DNA of 64,000 bases from Alphaproteobacteria bacterium (GTDB taxonomy: Bacteria > Pseudomonadota > Alphaproteobacteria > SHVZ01): assembly GCA_016869285.1 (NCBI GenBank), contig VGEN01000005.1:182-64181 (forward strand), in the 5' to 3' direction. Positions 1 to 9,237 of this stretch are shown piece by piece (position 1 is the first letter of the stretch; each line of letters begins with the position of its first letter). The position numbers were made by a program, and so were the translations under genes. The notes under the pieces are model-generated. The model saw only the letters and a list, made by a program, of their open reading frames with translations, ran no database searches and was not told where the DNA came from.

Positions 1-152
1 CCGCGTTGACCCCGATTGCGGCGCAGCTCTCGGCTGACCGTGCTTTGGCTTAAACCCAAAACCCTGGCAATAGCTTCTTGGCAGGCACCGTCCTGGCTCA
101 GCGCATAAATCTGGCAGCGGTCCTCATAGGTAACTCGCCGGTATCGGCTCAT
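1..152 (-). CDS. IS30-family transposase, N-terminal HTH (partial; not in ORF track)
   Basis: Hand translation from ATG at 152: MSRYRRVTYEDRCQIYALSQDGACQEAIARVLGLSQSTVSRELRRNRGQRG. It carries the ST(V/I)SRE(L)RRN signature of IS30 transposases, with a GAGG RBS upstream. Confidence 0.9.
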   Translation of the reverse strand, partial: MSRYRRVTYEDRCQIYALSQDGACQEAIARVLGLSQSTVSRELRRNRGQR

Positions 153-228
153 CAGTAACCTCGCGTGAGTGCAAGAGGTTACCCCTTCGCCCTTCCATAA
201 AATTATGCACTGGCTACTTGAATCCGCG
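1..228 (-). mobile_element. IS30-family insertion sequence, left end (continues off the window)
   Basis: The minus strand from about 228 reads CGCGGATTCAAGTAGCCAGTGCATAA, which resembles IS30-family terminal repeats (recalled from memory). A transposase N-terminus follows. GC is visibly lower than in the flanking genes. The exact end is approximate. Confidence 0.75.
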
Positions 229-279
229 AAAATTAACTGGCGCTCAGAGAAGAAGGATTGCTCAAGGCGTAATCGTGCG

Positions 280-430
280 CCCTCTCCCGGCGAAGCCGGG
301 GGAGGGTTGGGGTGGGGGCCGCTCCGCGCAAGCGGAGTCGTGGCGGACAATGCCGATCTCGTTGTTGCTGCCACCCTCGCTTCGCTCGGGCCCCCACCCT
401 GCCCTCCCCCGCGCTTCGCACGGAAGAGGG
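280..430. repeat. REP/RIME-like palindromic intergenic element (family A, copy 1)
   Basis: CCCTCTCCC..GGAGGGTTGGGGTGGGGGCC..GGGCCCCCACCCTGCCCTCCCC..GAAGAGGG with nested inverted arms. The arms are near-identical to those at 60499-60638. Confidence 0.8.
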
Positions 431-445
431 TTCTCCGAACGAGGT

Positions 446-1426
446 CTACGTCCCCGCCGCCAGCACCGACTTGCGCTCGTCGGTCGGGGTGCGACCGAAG
501 ATGCGGCGATAGCATTTGGTAAAGTGCGAGGCCGAGACGAAACCGCAGGCCATCGCCACGTCCAAGATCGAGGCGCTGGTCTGGGTCAGCAGGCGCCGGC
601 CGCGCTCCAGGCGCAGCTTCACGTAGTAGCCGTGCGGCGTGGTCTTGAGATAGCGGCGGAACAGCCGTTCGAGCTGGCGCGGGCTGAGCTCGACCGCATC
701 CGCGAGCTCGTTCATATCGAGCGGCTCTTCGATCGCGCTCTCCATGCGGATGATCGTCGTGAGGAGGCGCGGATGCGAGATGCCGAGCCGCGTCTGCAGT
801 TCCATGCGCTGGCGGTCGTCATGCTCGCGGATGCGCGGGTGGATGAAGTTCTCGGCGACGCCGTTGGCGAGCGCGCGGCCCTGCTGGCCCGCGATCACGC
901 TCAGCATCATGTCGAGGGCGGCGATGCCGCCGGAACAGGTCAGCACGTTGCCGTCGATCACATAGATGCCCGAGGTGGTCATGGCGGCAGGGAACCTCTC
1001 GGCGAGCGAGGCAACGTGCTCCCAATGTACGGTGCAGCGCTTGCCGTCGAGGAGGCCGGCGCGGCCGAGGATATAGGCGCCGGTCGAGAGCGCGCCGACC
1101 TTGACGCCCGATCGCGACAGGCGCCGGAGCCAGGCGAAGACGCGCTTGTCGTCATAGCTCTCCGGATTGTACCCGGCGCAGACCAGCATCATGTCGACTT
1201 GCGCGTGCTCCTCGATGCCGCCATGGACGTCGAAGCCGATGCCGTTGCTTGCCAGCACGCGTTCGCCGTCGCGCGAGAACAAGCGCCAGCGATAGAGCGT
1301 CGACTGCTTGATCCGGTTGGCCGAGCGCAGCGGCTCCAGCGCCGCGGCGAAGGCCATCATCGAGAAGTCGGGAATGAGGAAGAAGCCGACCGTGAACACA
1401 TCGGCTTCGGCCCGGCCGCCGTCCAA
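446..1426 (-). CDS. GlxA-family transcriptional regulator (DJ-1/PfpI-like domain + AraC HTH)
   Basis: GFFLIPDFSMMAFAAALEPLRSAN N-terminus; LSPRQLERLF and VAMACGFVSASHFTKCYR HTH motifs. Start re-picked to TTG at 1426 after a GAGGGAG RBS. Confidence 0.9.
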   Translation of the reverse strand: MDGGRAEADVFTVGFFLIPDFSMMAFAAALEPLRSANRIKQSTLYRWRLFSRDGERVLASNGIGFDVHGGIEEHAQVDMMLVCAGYNPESYDDKRVFAWLRRLSRSGVKVGALSTGAYILGRAGLLDGKRCTVHWEHVASLAERFPAAMTTSGIYVIDGNVLTCSGGIAALDMMLSVIAGQQGRALANGVAENFIHPRIREHDDRQRMELQTRLGISHPRLLTTIIRMESAIEEPLDMNELADAVELSPRQLERLFRRYLKTTPHGYYVKLRLERGRRLLTQTSASILDVAMACGFVSASHFTKCYRRIFGRTPTDERKSVLAAGT

Positions 1427-1524
1427 ACGCGCGCTCCCTCTGGTCAAAATCCGACATAGGAGAGCATGCGGCGACGGAAATGGAAATCGTCTTTGAGCAA
1501 GAGGCTCGGCGGTCGGGTCTAAAG

Positions 1525-1654
1525 CCCTTCTGCCACCGGAGAAAGGCGGGGACGAGGGGCCGCGGCAGCGGCGAGACTGTGCGTGAAACGCAGAGCGGGT
1601 GAGAGAAAGCCCCTCACCCGCTCGGCTTCGCCTCGCCCCCCCGGTGGGAGAGGG
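1525..1654. repeat. REP-like palindromic element (related family B) between SBP and regulator
   Basis: CCCTTCTGCCACCGG..CCGGTGGGAGAGGG outer arms; internal perfect 11-bp inverted repeat GAGCGGGTGAG (1593-1603) / CTCACCCGCTC (1613-1623). Confidence 0.7.
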
Positions 1655-1668
1655 TCGTAGATACTGAC

Positions 1669-3351
1669 TTAAGCCTCGAGCCAGATCTCGTTGCACTCGA
1701 TGTACTGGGTCGGGTGCATCCGAAAGCCCTTCATCTTCTTGTCGCAGTAGGTGAAGACCTTGCGGAACAGCGGCTGCACCAGCGGCCCGTCATTCTGAAG
1801 GATCTCCTGCAGCCGCTTCACATGCACGCGGCGCTTCTCGACATCGGCGGTTGCTTCCGCCTGGTCGAGGACCCGGTCGAACTCGGCGTTCGAGAATCCG
1901 GACTCGTTCCAGGGAACGCCGGTGCGGTAGGCGAGCGCCAGGCACATGACGCCGAGCGGCCGGTGGGACCAGTCGCCGCACGCGAAGGGCGCGGTGTTCC
2001 AGACCTTGTTCCATTCCGGCGAGGGCAGCACTTCGAGCCGGGCCTTGATCCCGACCTCGGCCCATTGCTGGATCATCACCGTGGCGACGTCCTTCGTCCA
2101 GTTGTTGGAAACGGTGAGCGGGATCGGGATCTCGAGCCCGTTCGGATAGCCCGCCTCCGCCAGCAGCTTCTTCGCCAGCGCCTTGTCGTGCTTGAACGGC
2201 GGCATCGGCGCGTATTCCGGGTGCACCGGGGCGACATGATGATGCTCGGCGCGCGAGCCGATGTCGCCGAAGGTGATCTCGGCCACCCTGTCGTTGTCGG
2301 TCGCGTGCCGCATCGCCTTGAGGACGCGGTTGTCGTCGAAGGGCTTCACCGGATACGCCCGCGCATGAACCGTGGCGCCGGTGCCGACCGAGTAGAAGTC
2401 GAGATCGGGCAGGCGCTTCAGGATCGGCAGCTGCGAGGGGTTGGTGGCGACGATCGAATGGACCTGCTTGGAGGCCTGGGCCGCGACTTCTGCGGCCGGG
2501 TCATCGCCGAGATCGACGAAGATCACCTCATCGAGATACGGCCCCTTGCCCCAGTAGTCCTTCCGCGCCTTCATCACCGCGCGCTTCGAGATGTCGTACT
2601 CGACCAGGTCGAAGGCGCCGGTGCCGTTCATGCCGACACCGAGCTTGCCGTTTTCGGTCGGGTCGACGATGAAGAAGGGATAGTGGAAGAAGTGCTCGGG
2701 CACCGCGAGCTGCGGCGCGCGCAGGTTCATGCGGACGGTGAAGTCGTCGACCTTCTCGATCGCATTCGCATCCCAGAGCTGAGAGGACATCCGGGGCTTG
2801 CCCTGCGCGTCGTTCTCGCCCGTCGGCACATCGACAGTCATGTAGCCCTTCATCAGGCCGAGCACCGACGACCCGGTCTTCGGATCGAGCACGCTCTTGA
2901 TGTTCCAGATCACCTGGTCGGCGGTGAGCTTGCCGCCCTTGCGCCAGGTCACGTCCCGGCGGAGCTTGAGCGTCCAGGTCTTGAGGTCCTCGCTCGGCTG
3001 CCAGCTTTCGAGCAGCATCGGCCGCGTGACGTTGTCGGGGCCGGTGTTGGCAAGGTACTCGACCATCTGGCGTGCGAGATTGCTCGTCGGCACGTTGCCG
3101 GTACGATGCAGATGCGCAGTCTCGCGCACGCGCGCGCAGAGCCGGAGCGAGCCGCCCTTGCGCGGTGCGCCCTGGGCATAAGCCGCAGGCGCGACCGCGC
3201 CTTTGTCGATCTTGCCCGCGAAGGCGTAAGCGGCCGAAGCGCTGACGCCGAGCAGCGTCGCGGTACGCAGGAACTCGCGGCGGTCGCATTTGCCCTCGGC
3301 AAAGAGGGTCTTCAGCTTCGGGATGTAGGAATGCTCGCGGTCACGGGACAT
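1669..3351 (-). CDS. ABC transporter substrate-binding protein, family 5 (peptide/nickel), Tat-exported
   Basis: DRREFLRTA twin-arginine motif; PMLLESWQPSEDLKTWTLKLRRDVTW and GTGAF(D)LVEY family-5 motifs. Start re-picked to MSRDREH at 3351. Confidence 0.9.
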   Translation of the reverse strand: MSRDREHSYIPKLKTLFAEGKCDRREFLRTATLLGVSASAAYAFAGKIDKGAVAPAAYAQGAPRKGGSLRLCARVRETAHLHRTGNVPTSNLARQMVEYLANTGPDNVTRPMLLESWQPSEDLKTWTLKLRRDVTWRKGGKLTADQVIWNIKSVLDPKTGSSVLGLMKGYMTVDVPTGENDAQGKPRMSSQLWDANAIEKVDDFTVRMNLRAPQLAVPEHFFHYPFFIVDPTENGKLGVGMNGTGAFDLVEYDISKRAVMKARKDYWGKGPYLDEVIFVDLGDDPAAEVAAQASKQVHSIVATNPSQLPILKRLPDLDFYSVGTGATVHARAYPVKPFDDNRVLKAMRHATDNDRVAEITFGDIGSRAEHHHVAPVHPEYAPMPPFKHDKALAKKLLAEAGYPNGLEIPIPLTVSNNWTKDVATVMIQQWAEVGIKARLEVLPSPEWNKVWNTAPFACGDWSHRPLGVMCLALAYRTGVPWNESGFSNAEFDRVLDQAEATADVEKRRVHVKRLQEILQNDGPLVQPLFRKVFTYCDKKMKGFRMHPTQYIECNEIWLEA

Positions 3352-3613
3352 CGTGCGTCTCCCCAGGGCGCAAAGCCGGGGACGGCCACCTCTCGGCCGC
3401 CCTCCTTCTTTCTGATCCGAAAGCGTCGCCTCCGGCGCCAACCGAAAATATATCAAAGACGACGTTTCGTGGTCGAGAGGCGACCACGGTAGGCTTGCGA
3501 AGTGCGAAGCCAGAATCCGACACCGGGCCGTCGCATTCGGCTGACCGACGCAGACCACCTAGCGTAACATCCGCCGGGTTTCCGATCGGGGAAAAGGGGG
3601 GCGAGTCCCGGCG

Positions 3614-4555
3614 ATGGCGCGGCTGATTGCACAGCGCTTGTTCAACTCGGCCGTCTCGATCGCGCTTGTCTCGATCGCGCTCTTTCTTATCTTCGAGCTC
3701 TCGCCGGAGACCGTCGCCGCCGACGCCCTCGGCCAGTATTCGACGCGCGAGCAGCGCGACCTGTGGCTCGCCGCCAACGGCTATTTCGAGCCGATGCACG
3801 TCCGCTTCCTCGACTGGGTCCGCCGCTGCGTGACCGGCGAGTTCGGCCAGTCGCGCCTCTACAACCGCCCGGTCTCCGACGTGCTCGGCCCCCGCCTCGC
3901 CGCCTCGGCGACTCTCGCGGCCCTGTTCTTCTCGGTCCTGATTCCGCTGTCGCTCGGCCTCGGCATCGCCGCCGGCATGCGCGAGGGCTCGATGCTCGAC
4001 CGCGGCATCTCCTTCGCTTCGATCCTCACCACTTCGGTGCCGCCTTTCGCGAGCGCCGTGCTGCTGACTGCGATTTTCGTCTTCTGGCTCGGCCTGCTGC
4101 CGGGCACCTCGAGCATGGTCGACGGCTTTCGCTGGAAGGAGCTGATCCTGCCGGCGGCCGTGCTGCTGCTCTACGATTTCGGCTACCTTGCGCGCATCAC
4201 GCGCGCCTCGATGGCCGATGTCATGCAGACCGCCTACATCCGAACCGCGGCACTGAAGGGCCTGCCCGACTGGTGGATTATCTTCAGGCACGCGCTCAGG
4301 AACGCGCTGATTCCGCCCTTCACCGTCATCATGCTGCAGATCAACTGGCTGATCGGCGGTGTCGTGGTCGTCGAGTTCTTCTTCGCCTACAAAGGCTTCG
4401 GCTCTCTGATCCTCGAAGCCTCGCTCACCCACGACCTCTTCCTGCTGCAAGCCTGCACCGCCGTCTCGGTTCTGCTCGCCGTCGGCACCCAGACCATCGC
4501 CGACATCGGCTATGGCCTCCTCAACCCCCGCATCCGCGTGGCCGCGGCCAAATGA
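3614..4555 (+). CDS. Dpp/Opp-type ABC permease (DppB-like)
   Basis: Hydrophobic segments; YIRTAALKGL..HALRNALIP EAA loop; LIGGVVVVEFFFAYKGFG. Confidence 0.92.
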   Translation: MARLIAQRLFNSAVSIALVSIALFLIFELSPETVAADALGQYSTREQRDLWLAANGYFEPMHVRFLDWVRRCVTGEFGQSRLYNRPVSDVLGPRLAASATLAALFFSVLIPLSLGLGIAAGMREGSMLDRGISFASILTTSVPPFASAVLLTAIFVFWLGLLPGTSSMVDGFRWKELILPAAVLLLYDFGYLARITRASMADVMQTAYIRTAALKGLPDWWIIFRHALRNALIPPFTVIMLQINWLIGGVVVVEFFFAYKGFGSLILEASLTHDLFLLQACTAVSVLLAVGTQTIADIGYGLLNPRIRVAAAK

Positions 4556-5412
4556 CCGACGCGACCAAAGCGCAGACGACACCGACGCTCCGCTCCCTGC
4601 TGGCGGAGAGTCCGATCCTGATTGCCGGCCTGTCGATACTCGGGTTCTGGCTGATGGTGGCGATCCTCGCGCCGTGGATCGCGCCCTTCCGTCCCAACGA
4701 GAACCTGGTGCCGATGGCGCTGCCCGGACAACGCACGCCGGACGGCCGGCTGATGTTGCTCGGCGCCGACCATCTCGGCCGCGACGTGCTTTCGCGCATC
4801 ATTTATGGCGGCCGCACGGTGCTGACCTATGCGCCGCTGGCGACGCTCTGTGCCTACTCGGTCGGCGTCACGCTCGGGCTGATCGCCGGCTACAAGGGCC
4901 GCTGGATCGACGAGCTGCTGTCGCGCTTTGCCGACCTCGTGCTCGCCTTCCCGGTGATCGTCCTCTACATCGTCATCATCCAGAAATTCGGCGCTTCCGG
5001 GCTCAATATCCTGATCGCGGTCACGCTCGCCTCCAGCCCCGGCATCATGCGGCTGGTGCGCGGCGTCGTGCTCGATCTCCGCACCCGCGCCTATGTCTCG
5101 GCAGCGCAGATGCGCGGCGAGTCGACTTTCTACATCCTCTTCGTCGAGATCCTGCCGAACGCGCGCGGCCCGCTGATCGTCGATGCCTGCCTGCGCCTGG
5201 GATACGTCACCATCACCATCGGCACGCTGGGCTTCCTCGGCCTCGGCATCCCGCCGCCAACGCCGGATTGGGGCAGCATGATCAACGAGTCCCGCCACTT
5301 CGCCCTGGTCTTCCCGCACATGGCGGTGTTCCCGTGCCTCGCCGTCTCCTCGCTCGTGCTCGGCTTCAACCTGATCGCCGACGGCCTGCGCGAGCTGTCG
5401 CTGGCGGATTGA
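4552..5412 (+). CDS. Dpp/Opp-type ABC permease (DppC-like)
   Basis: LGADHLGRDVLSRIIYGGR; YVSAAQMRGES..EILPN; PPTPDWGSMI. ATGA overlap with the upstream gene. Confidence 0.92.
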   Translation: MTDATKAQTTPTLRSLLAESPILIAGLSILGFWLMVAILAPWIAPFRPNENLVPMALPGQRTPDGRLMLLGADHLGRDVLSRIIYGGRTVLTYAPLATLCAYSVGVTLGLIAGYKGRWIDELLSRFADLVLAFPVIVLYIVIIQKFGASGLNILIAVTLASSPGIMRLVRGVVLDLRTRAYVSAAQMRGESTFYILFVEILPNARGPLIVDACLRLGYVTITIGTLGFLGLGIPPPTPDWGSMINESRHFALVFPHMAVFPCLAVSSLVLGFNLIADGLRELSLAD

Positions 5413-7457
5413 TGACCGAGCCTCTTCTCCAGCTCGACGGTCTCTCGGTCTCCTATCGGACGCGGCGCGGACCGGTGCCGGCTGTTGTCGACGTCTCTCT
5501 CAGGCTCAACCGCGGGGAGAGCCTCGGCCTCGTCGGCGAGTCCGGCTGCGGCAAGTCGACGATCGCCTTCGCCATCATGCGCTGGCTCGCCGGGCGCGGA
5601 CAGATCGTCGGCGGCCGCGTGCTGTTCGAAGGCCGCGACATGGCCGGGATCTCGCGCGAGGAGCTGCGGCGGATCCGGGGCAAGCGCATCGCCATGGTCT
5701 TCCAGGAGGCCATGTCGGCGCTCAACCCGTGCCTGACCATCGGCGCGCAGCTGACCGAGGTGCTGAAGTTCCACGAGAATGTCGTCGGACCGGGGGCAGA
5801 GCGGCGCGCGAAGGACATGCTCGCGGAGGTCCGCATCCCCGATCCCGACCGCGTCTTCCGCGCCTTCCCGCACGAGATCTCCGGCGGCCAGCAGCAGCGT
5901 GTGGTGATCGCGATGGCGCTGCTCGCCAATCCGGCGCTGCTGCTGCTCGACGAGCCGACCACCGGCCTCGACGTCACGGTGGAGGCCAGCGTCGTCCGCC
6001 TGATCGCCGAGATCAGCCGGCGCTTCGGCACCTCGCTCCTCTACATCTCGCATAACCTCGCGCTGATCTCGCGCGTCTGCGAGCGGATCGCCGTCATGTA
6101 TGCCGGCGAAATCGTCGAAGAAGGCCCGACCCGACGTATCCTGACCGCGCCCATCCACCCCTACACGCGCGGCCTGATCCGTTGCCTGCCGGAATCGGGC
6201 GCCGACAAGATCGCGCGACCGCTCTCGCCGATCCCCGGTCAGATCCCGGCGCCATGGGAACGTGCCGCCGGGTGCTTCTTCCAGCCGCGCTGCGGCTATG
6301 CGAGGGACGGGCTCTGCGACGCCTCGCATCCGCCGCTCATCGGCTACGGCAAGGGCTCGACCGTGCGCTGCCTCCGCGCGAGCGAGATCGAGCCCGGCCG
6401 CATCGACGCCGTCGCCGGTGAGGCGCCGCCCGCAGCAGACGGCGTCGCCGTCTCCGTGGATCGGCTCAGCAAGGACTACCGGCTGACACCACCGGGCCTG
6501 CGCGGCCTCCTCCCCTTCGCCGATCCGCTCAGAATTCGCGCCAACGATCACCTGACCTTCAACGCGGCCTCCGGCCGGACGCTTGCCATCGTCGGCGAGT
6601 CAGGCTGCGGCAAGTCGACCTTCGCGCGCGTCCTGACCGGCCTCGAGCGTGCCACCGGCGGCCGTATCGAAGTCGCTGGCACCGATCTCGCGCAGCTTTC
6701 GGTCATCGATCGCAGCCGCGAGCAGCTTCGCGCGCTGCAGATGGTGTTCCAGAACCCCGACGAGACCCTGAATCCGAGCTATCGCGTCGGCCGCCAGATC
6801 GCACGGGTCGCCAGCCGCCTGCTCGGCCTTGGCCGCAGGGAGCGGGCGCAGCGCGTCCGCGACCTCTTCGCCGAGATCCGCCTCCCGGCCGGCATCGCCG
6901 ACCGCAAGCCGCGGCACCTCTCCGGCGGACAAAAGCAGCGGATCGCCATCGCCCGCGCTTTCGTCGGCAATCCGGAGATCGTCGTCGCCGACGAGCCGGT
7001 CTCGGCGCTCGACGTCTCGGTGCGCGCCGCCGTGACTCAGCTCCTGATGGAGATCCAGCGCGCGCATGGCACGACGCTGATCCTGATCAGCCACGACTTG
7101 GCTCTCGTTCGATATGTCGCCGACACGGTCGTCGTCATGTATCTCGGCCAGGTGATGGAGGTCGGCACGACGAGCCAGGTGTTCTCGGCACCGCACCACC
7201 CCTATACCGAAGCGCTGCTCGCGGCACAGCCCAAGCTCGAAGACGACCGCGGTCTGCACGCGCCGGTCGAGGGCGAGACGCCGAGCCCGCTCGATCCGCC
7301 GCAGGGCTGCCCCTTCCATACGCGCTGCCCGCGCAAGGTCGGGACGATCTGCGAGATCTCGCGTCCGTCCGAGCAGGTGACGCCGGCCGGACACCGCATG
7401 GCCTGCCACATCCCGATGGACGAGCTCGTCCGCGCCCAAGAGAGAGCGACGACATGA
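5412..7457 (+). CDS. Fused double ABC ATPase (DppD/DppF-like)
   Basis: Two GESGCGKST Walker A motifs, ISGGQQQR and LSGGQKQR signatures, DEP Walker B motifs and two C-terminal Cys-rich tails. Start at 5412 overlaps the dppC stop. Confidence 0.93.
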   Translation: MTEPLLQLDGLSVSYRTRRGPVPAVVDVSLRLNRGESLGLVGESGCGKSTIAFAIMRWLAGRGQIVGGRVLFEGRDMAGISREELRRIRGKRIAMVFQEAMSALNPCLTIGAQLTEVLKFHENVVGPGAERRAKDMLAEVRIPDPDRVFRAFPHEISGGQQQRVVIAMALLANPALLLLDEPTTGLDVTVEASVVRLIAEISRRFGTSLLYISHNLALISRVCERIAVMYAGEIVEEGPTRRILTAPIHPYTRGLIRCLPESGADKIARPLSPIPGQIPAPWERAAGCFFQPRCGYARDGLCDASHPPLIGYGKGSTVRCLRASEIEPGRIDAVAGEAPPAADGVAVSVDRLSKDYRLTPPGLRGLLPFADPLRIRANDHLTFNAASGRTLAIVGESGCGKSTFARVLTGLERATGGRIEVAGTDLAQLSVIDRSREQLRALQMVFQNPDETLNPSYRVGRQIARVASRLLGLGRRERAQRVRDLFAEIRLPAGIADRKPRHLSGGQKQRIAIARAFVGNPEIVVADEPVSALDVSVRAAVTQLLMEIQRAHGTTLILISHDLALVRYVADTVVVMYLGQVMEVGTTSQVFSAPHHPYTEALLAAQPKLEDDRGLHAPVEGETPSPLDPPQGCPFHTRCPRKVGTICEISRPSEQVTPAGHRMACHIPMDELVRAQERATT

Positions 7458-9160
7458 TCCGGAGCGAGATGATCGCCACCCGTACCGAGGTCTCAGGAAC
7501 CAGGGGGGTGTGCACGGGCGGCCATCCGGCCGAGGCCGCTGCCGGCATCGCCATGATCGAAGCCGGCGGCAACGCCATCGACGCGTTGGTCGCCGCGGCC
7601 TTCGTCGGCTTTGTCGTCGAGCCTTCCTCCTGCGGGCTCGGCGGGTACGGTCACCTCGCCGTCTGGCTCGGCAAGGAAAAGCGCTTCGTCACCTTCGATC
7701 ACTATGTCCGGGCACCGGGTGCCGCCCGGCCGGACATGTTCGAGATCGATCGCACCAAGCCCATGAAATACTACGGCTTCCCCTACACGGTCGGCATGAA
7801 GGCGGAGCAGGGGCCGCTGGCGCCGGCGGTGCCGGGAGCGGTCGCCGGGCTCTGCGATGCACACCGCCTGCTCGGCAGGCTGCCTTTGTCTCAGGTGCTG
7901 GAGCCGGCGATCGCCGAGGCCGACGCCGGCATCGAGGTGACATGGCAGCTTCTTCTGCCGATCGGCGACCGGCTTGCCGCAATCCAGGCGCTGCCGGATA
8001 CCGCCGCCTGGCTCCTGCGCGGCAACATGCCGCCCAAGGCCGCGGGCCAGCTCGGGTCCGGCGATCGCCTCGATGGCACCGATCTCGCCAAGACGCTGCG
8101 GCGCATCGCCGCCGAAGGCAAGCGCGGCTTCTATGACGGCTTTGTTGCCCAGGCGATCGAGCGCGCCTGCGTGAGCCAGGGAGGAGTCCTCACCGCCGCC
8201 GATCTCGCCGCGTACAGGACGCGCATCCTGGAGGAGAAGCCGACACGCTATCGCGGCCTCGGCTGCAACACGGCCTACGACCAGGTGACCTATGAGGCGC
8301 TGAACATCCTGCAGTGCTTCGACTTGAAGGCGCTCGGCGCGGACAGCCTCGCCTTCCGCCATCTCGTCGCCGAGGCGTTGGCCTGCGGCTTCATCGACAG
8401 CATGACCCATTACGGCGACCCGGATTTCGAGCGCGCCCCTGTCGAAGGCCTCGCCAGCCCGGAGTTCGGCCACATGCGCGCCCGGCAGCTCCGCATGGAC
8501 AAGGCGCTGCCGCGCCCGGTCGCCGCCGCCGATCCCTGGCCCTTCGACAATTCGGCCGAGCGGCCGACGCGGATCGCAGGCGAGCCCGGGATGGCGAAGC
8601 TCTCCGGCACCAGCCAGATGGCGGCGGCCGATGCCGAAGGCAATGTCTGCGCTCTGATCACCAGCCTCACCAGCGGTTTCGGCTCGCTGATGCTGGTGCC
8701 GGGCACCGGCGTCGTCCTCAACAACTCGATGCAGAACTTCGACCCGCGCCCCGACCAGGCGAATTGCATCAAGCCCGGCAAGATGCCGATTTTCGCTGCG
8801 CCGTCGCTTGTCGCCGAGAAGGACGGCCGCGCCGTCTTCGCAGGATGCGGCTCCGGCGGCTATCGCATCACCACGGGCGTGCTGCATGCCTTCCTGCACG
8901 CAACCGATTTCGGCATGGGGCCGCAAGCCGCCATCGACGCGCCGCGCGTCCACTGCCAGGGCCAGGAGACCTTTGTCGACCCGCGCATTCCGGCCGAGCT
9001 CCGCGACGGCCTTGCCGCCCTCGGCCATAAAGTCGTGGTGCAGGCGGAGTCGCCGGGGCTGAACGCCTTCGGCCGCGTCAACGCCATCACCGTCGCAAAG
9101 GACGGCACCTTGCGCGCCGGCACCGGCCCCGCCTGGGCGACGGCGGCAGCAGCGTGCTGA
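7454..9160 (+). CDS. Gamma-glutamyltransferase-family Ntn hydrolase, atypical (copy 1)
   Basis: GGNAIDALVAAAF, VEPSSCGLGG, AVPGAVAG, GTSQ (putative Thr nucleophile), GSGG, AAIDAPRVH. Confidence 0.85.
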   Translation: MIRSEMIATRTEVSGTRGVCTGGHPAEAAAGIAMIEAGGNAIDALVAAAFVGFVVEPSSCGLGGYGHLAVWLGKEKRFVTFDHYVRAPGAARPDMFEIDRTKPMKYYGFPYTVGMKAEQGPLAPAVPGAVAGLCDAHRLLGRLPLSQVLEPAIAEADAGIEVTWQLLLPIGDRLAAIQALPDTAAWLLRGNMPPKAAGQLGSGDRLDGTDLAKTLRRIAAEGKRGFYDGFVAQAIERACVSQGGVLTAADLAAYRTRILEEKPTRYRGLGCNTAYDQVTYEALNILQCFDLKALGADSLAFRHLVAEALACGFIDSMTHYGDPDFERAPVEGLASPEFGHMRARQLRMDKALPRPVAAADPWPFDNSAERPTRIAGEPGMAKLSGTSQMAAADAEGNVCALITSLTSGFGSLMLVPGTGVVLNNSMQNFDPRPDQANCIKPGKMPIFAAPSLVAEKDGRAVFAGCGSGGYRITTGVLHAFLHATDFGMGPQAAIDAPRVHCQGQETFVDPRIPAELRDGLAALGHKVVVQAESPGLNAFGRVNAITVAKDGTLRAGTGPAWATAAAAC

Positions 9161-9183
9161 GAACGAGGATGGCCTCTGACGCC

Positions 9184-9228
9184 TTCATGCCCCCTCTCCC
9201 GTGCGAAGCGCGGGGGAGGGGGCATGAG
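9184..9228. repeat. Strong hairpin / minimal REP between the two GGT-like genes
   Basis: TCATGCCCCCTCTCCCG-TGCGAAGCG-CGGGGGAGGGGGCATGA, sharing the CCCTCTCCC..GGGAGGG arms of family A. Confidence 0.75.
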
Positions 9229-9237
9229 GACGGTTTC

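Noticed and set aside
60-130. TGGCA repeats suggesting sigma54 sites, or an ncRNA in the low-GC left edge
   Set aside because: The GG-N10-GC spacing is not met, and the region is explained as IS30 transposase coding sequence.
169-522. ORFs spanning the left intergenic region (169-522, 218-1459, 233-421, 312-512)
   Set aside because: They translate the REP palindrome, the IS end or the antisense of the regulator, and have no coding hallmarks.
3468-3488. Hairpin CGTGGTCG-AGAGG-CGACCACG in the divergent promoter as a riboswitch or terminator
   Set aside because: It has no U-tract and no recognisable aptamer, and is too short to support a call.
1714-3492. Long antisense ORFs (also 7493-9028, 27160-28941, 41227-43464, 45455-47128, 51198-53111 and many more)
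   Set aside because: They are shadow frames of real genes in GC-rich DNA with few stop codons. They have no motifs or RBS and show Arg/Gly/Ala-rich mirror composition.
4512-7457. Apparent 981-aa ATPase with a long N-terminal extension (likewise 3763-5412, 33439-35583, 61583-63577, 47103-49484, 41422-43380)
   Set aside because: The extensions overlap neighbouring real genes in another frame. True starts sit at coupled ATGA/GTGA junctions or after clear RBSs.
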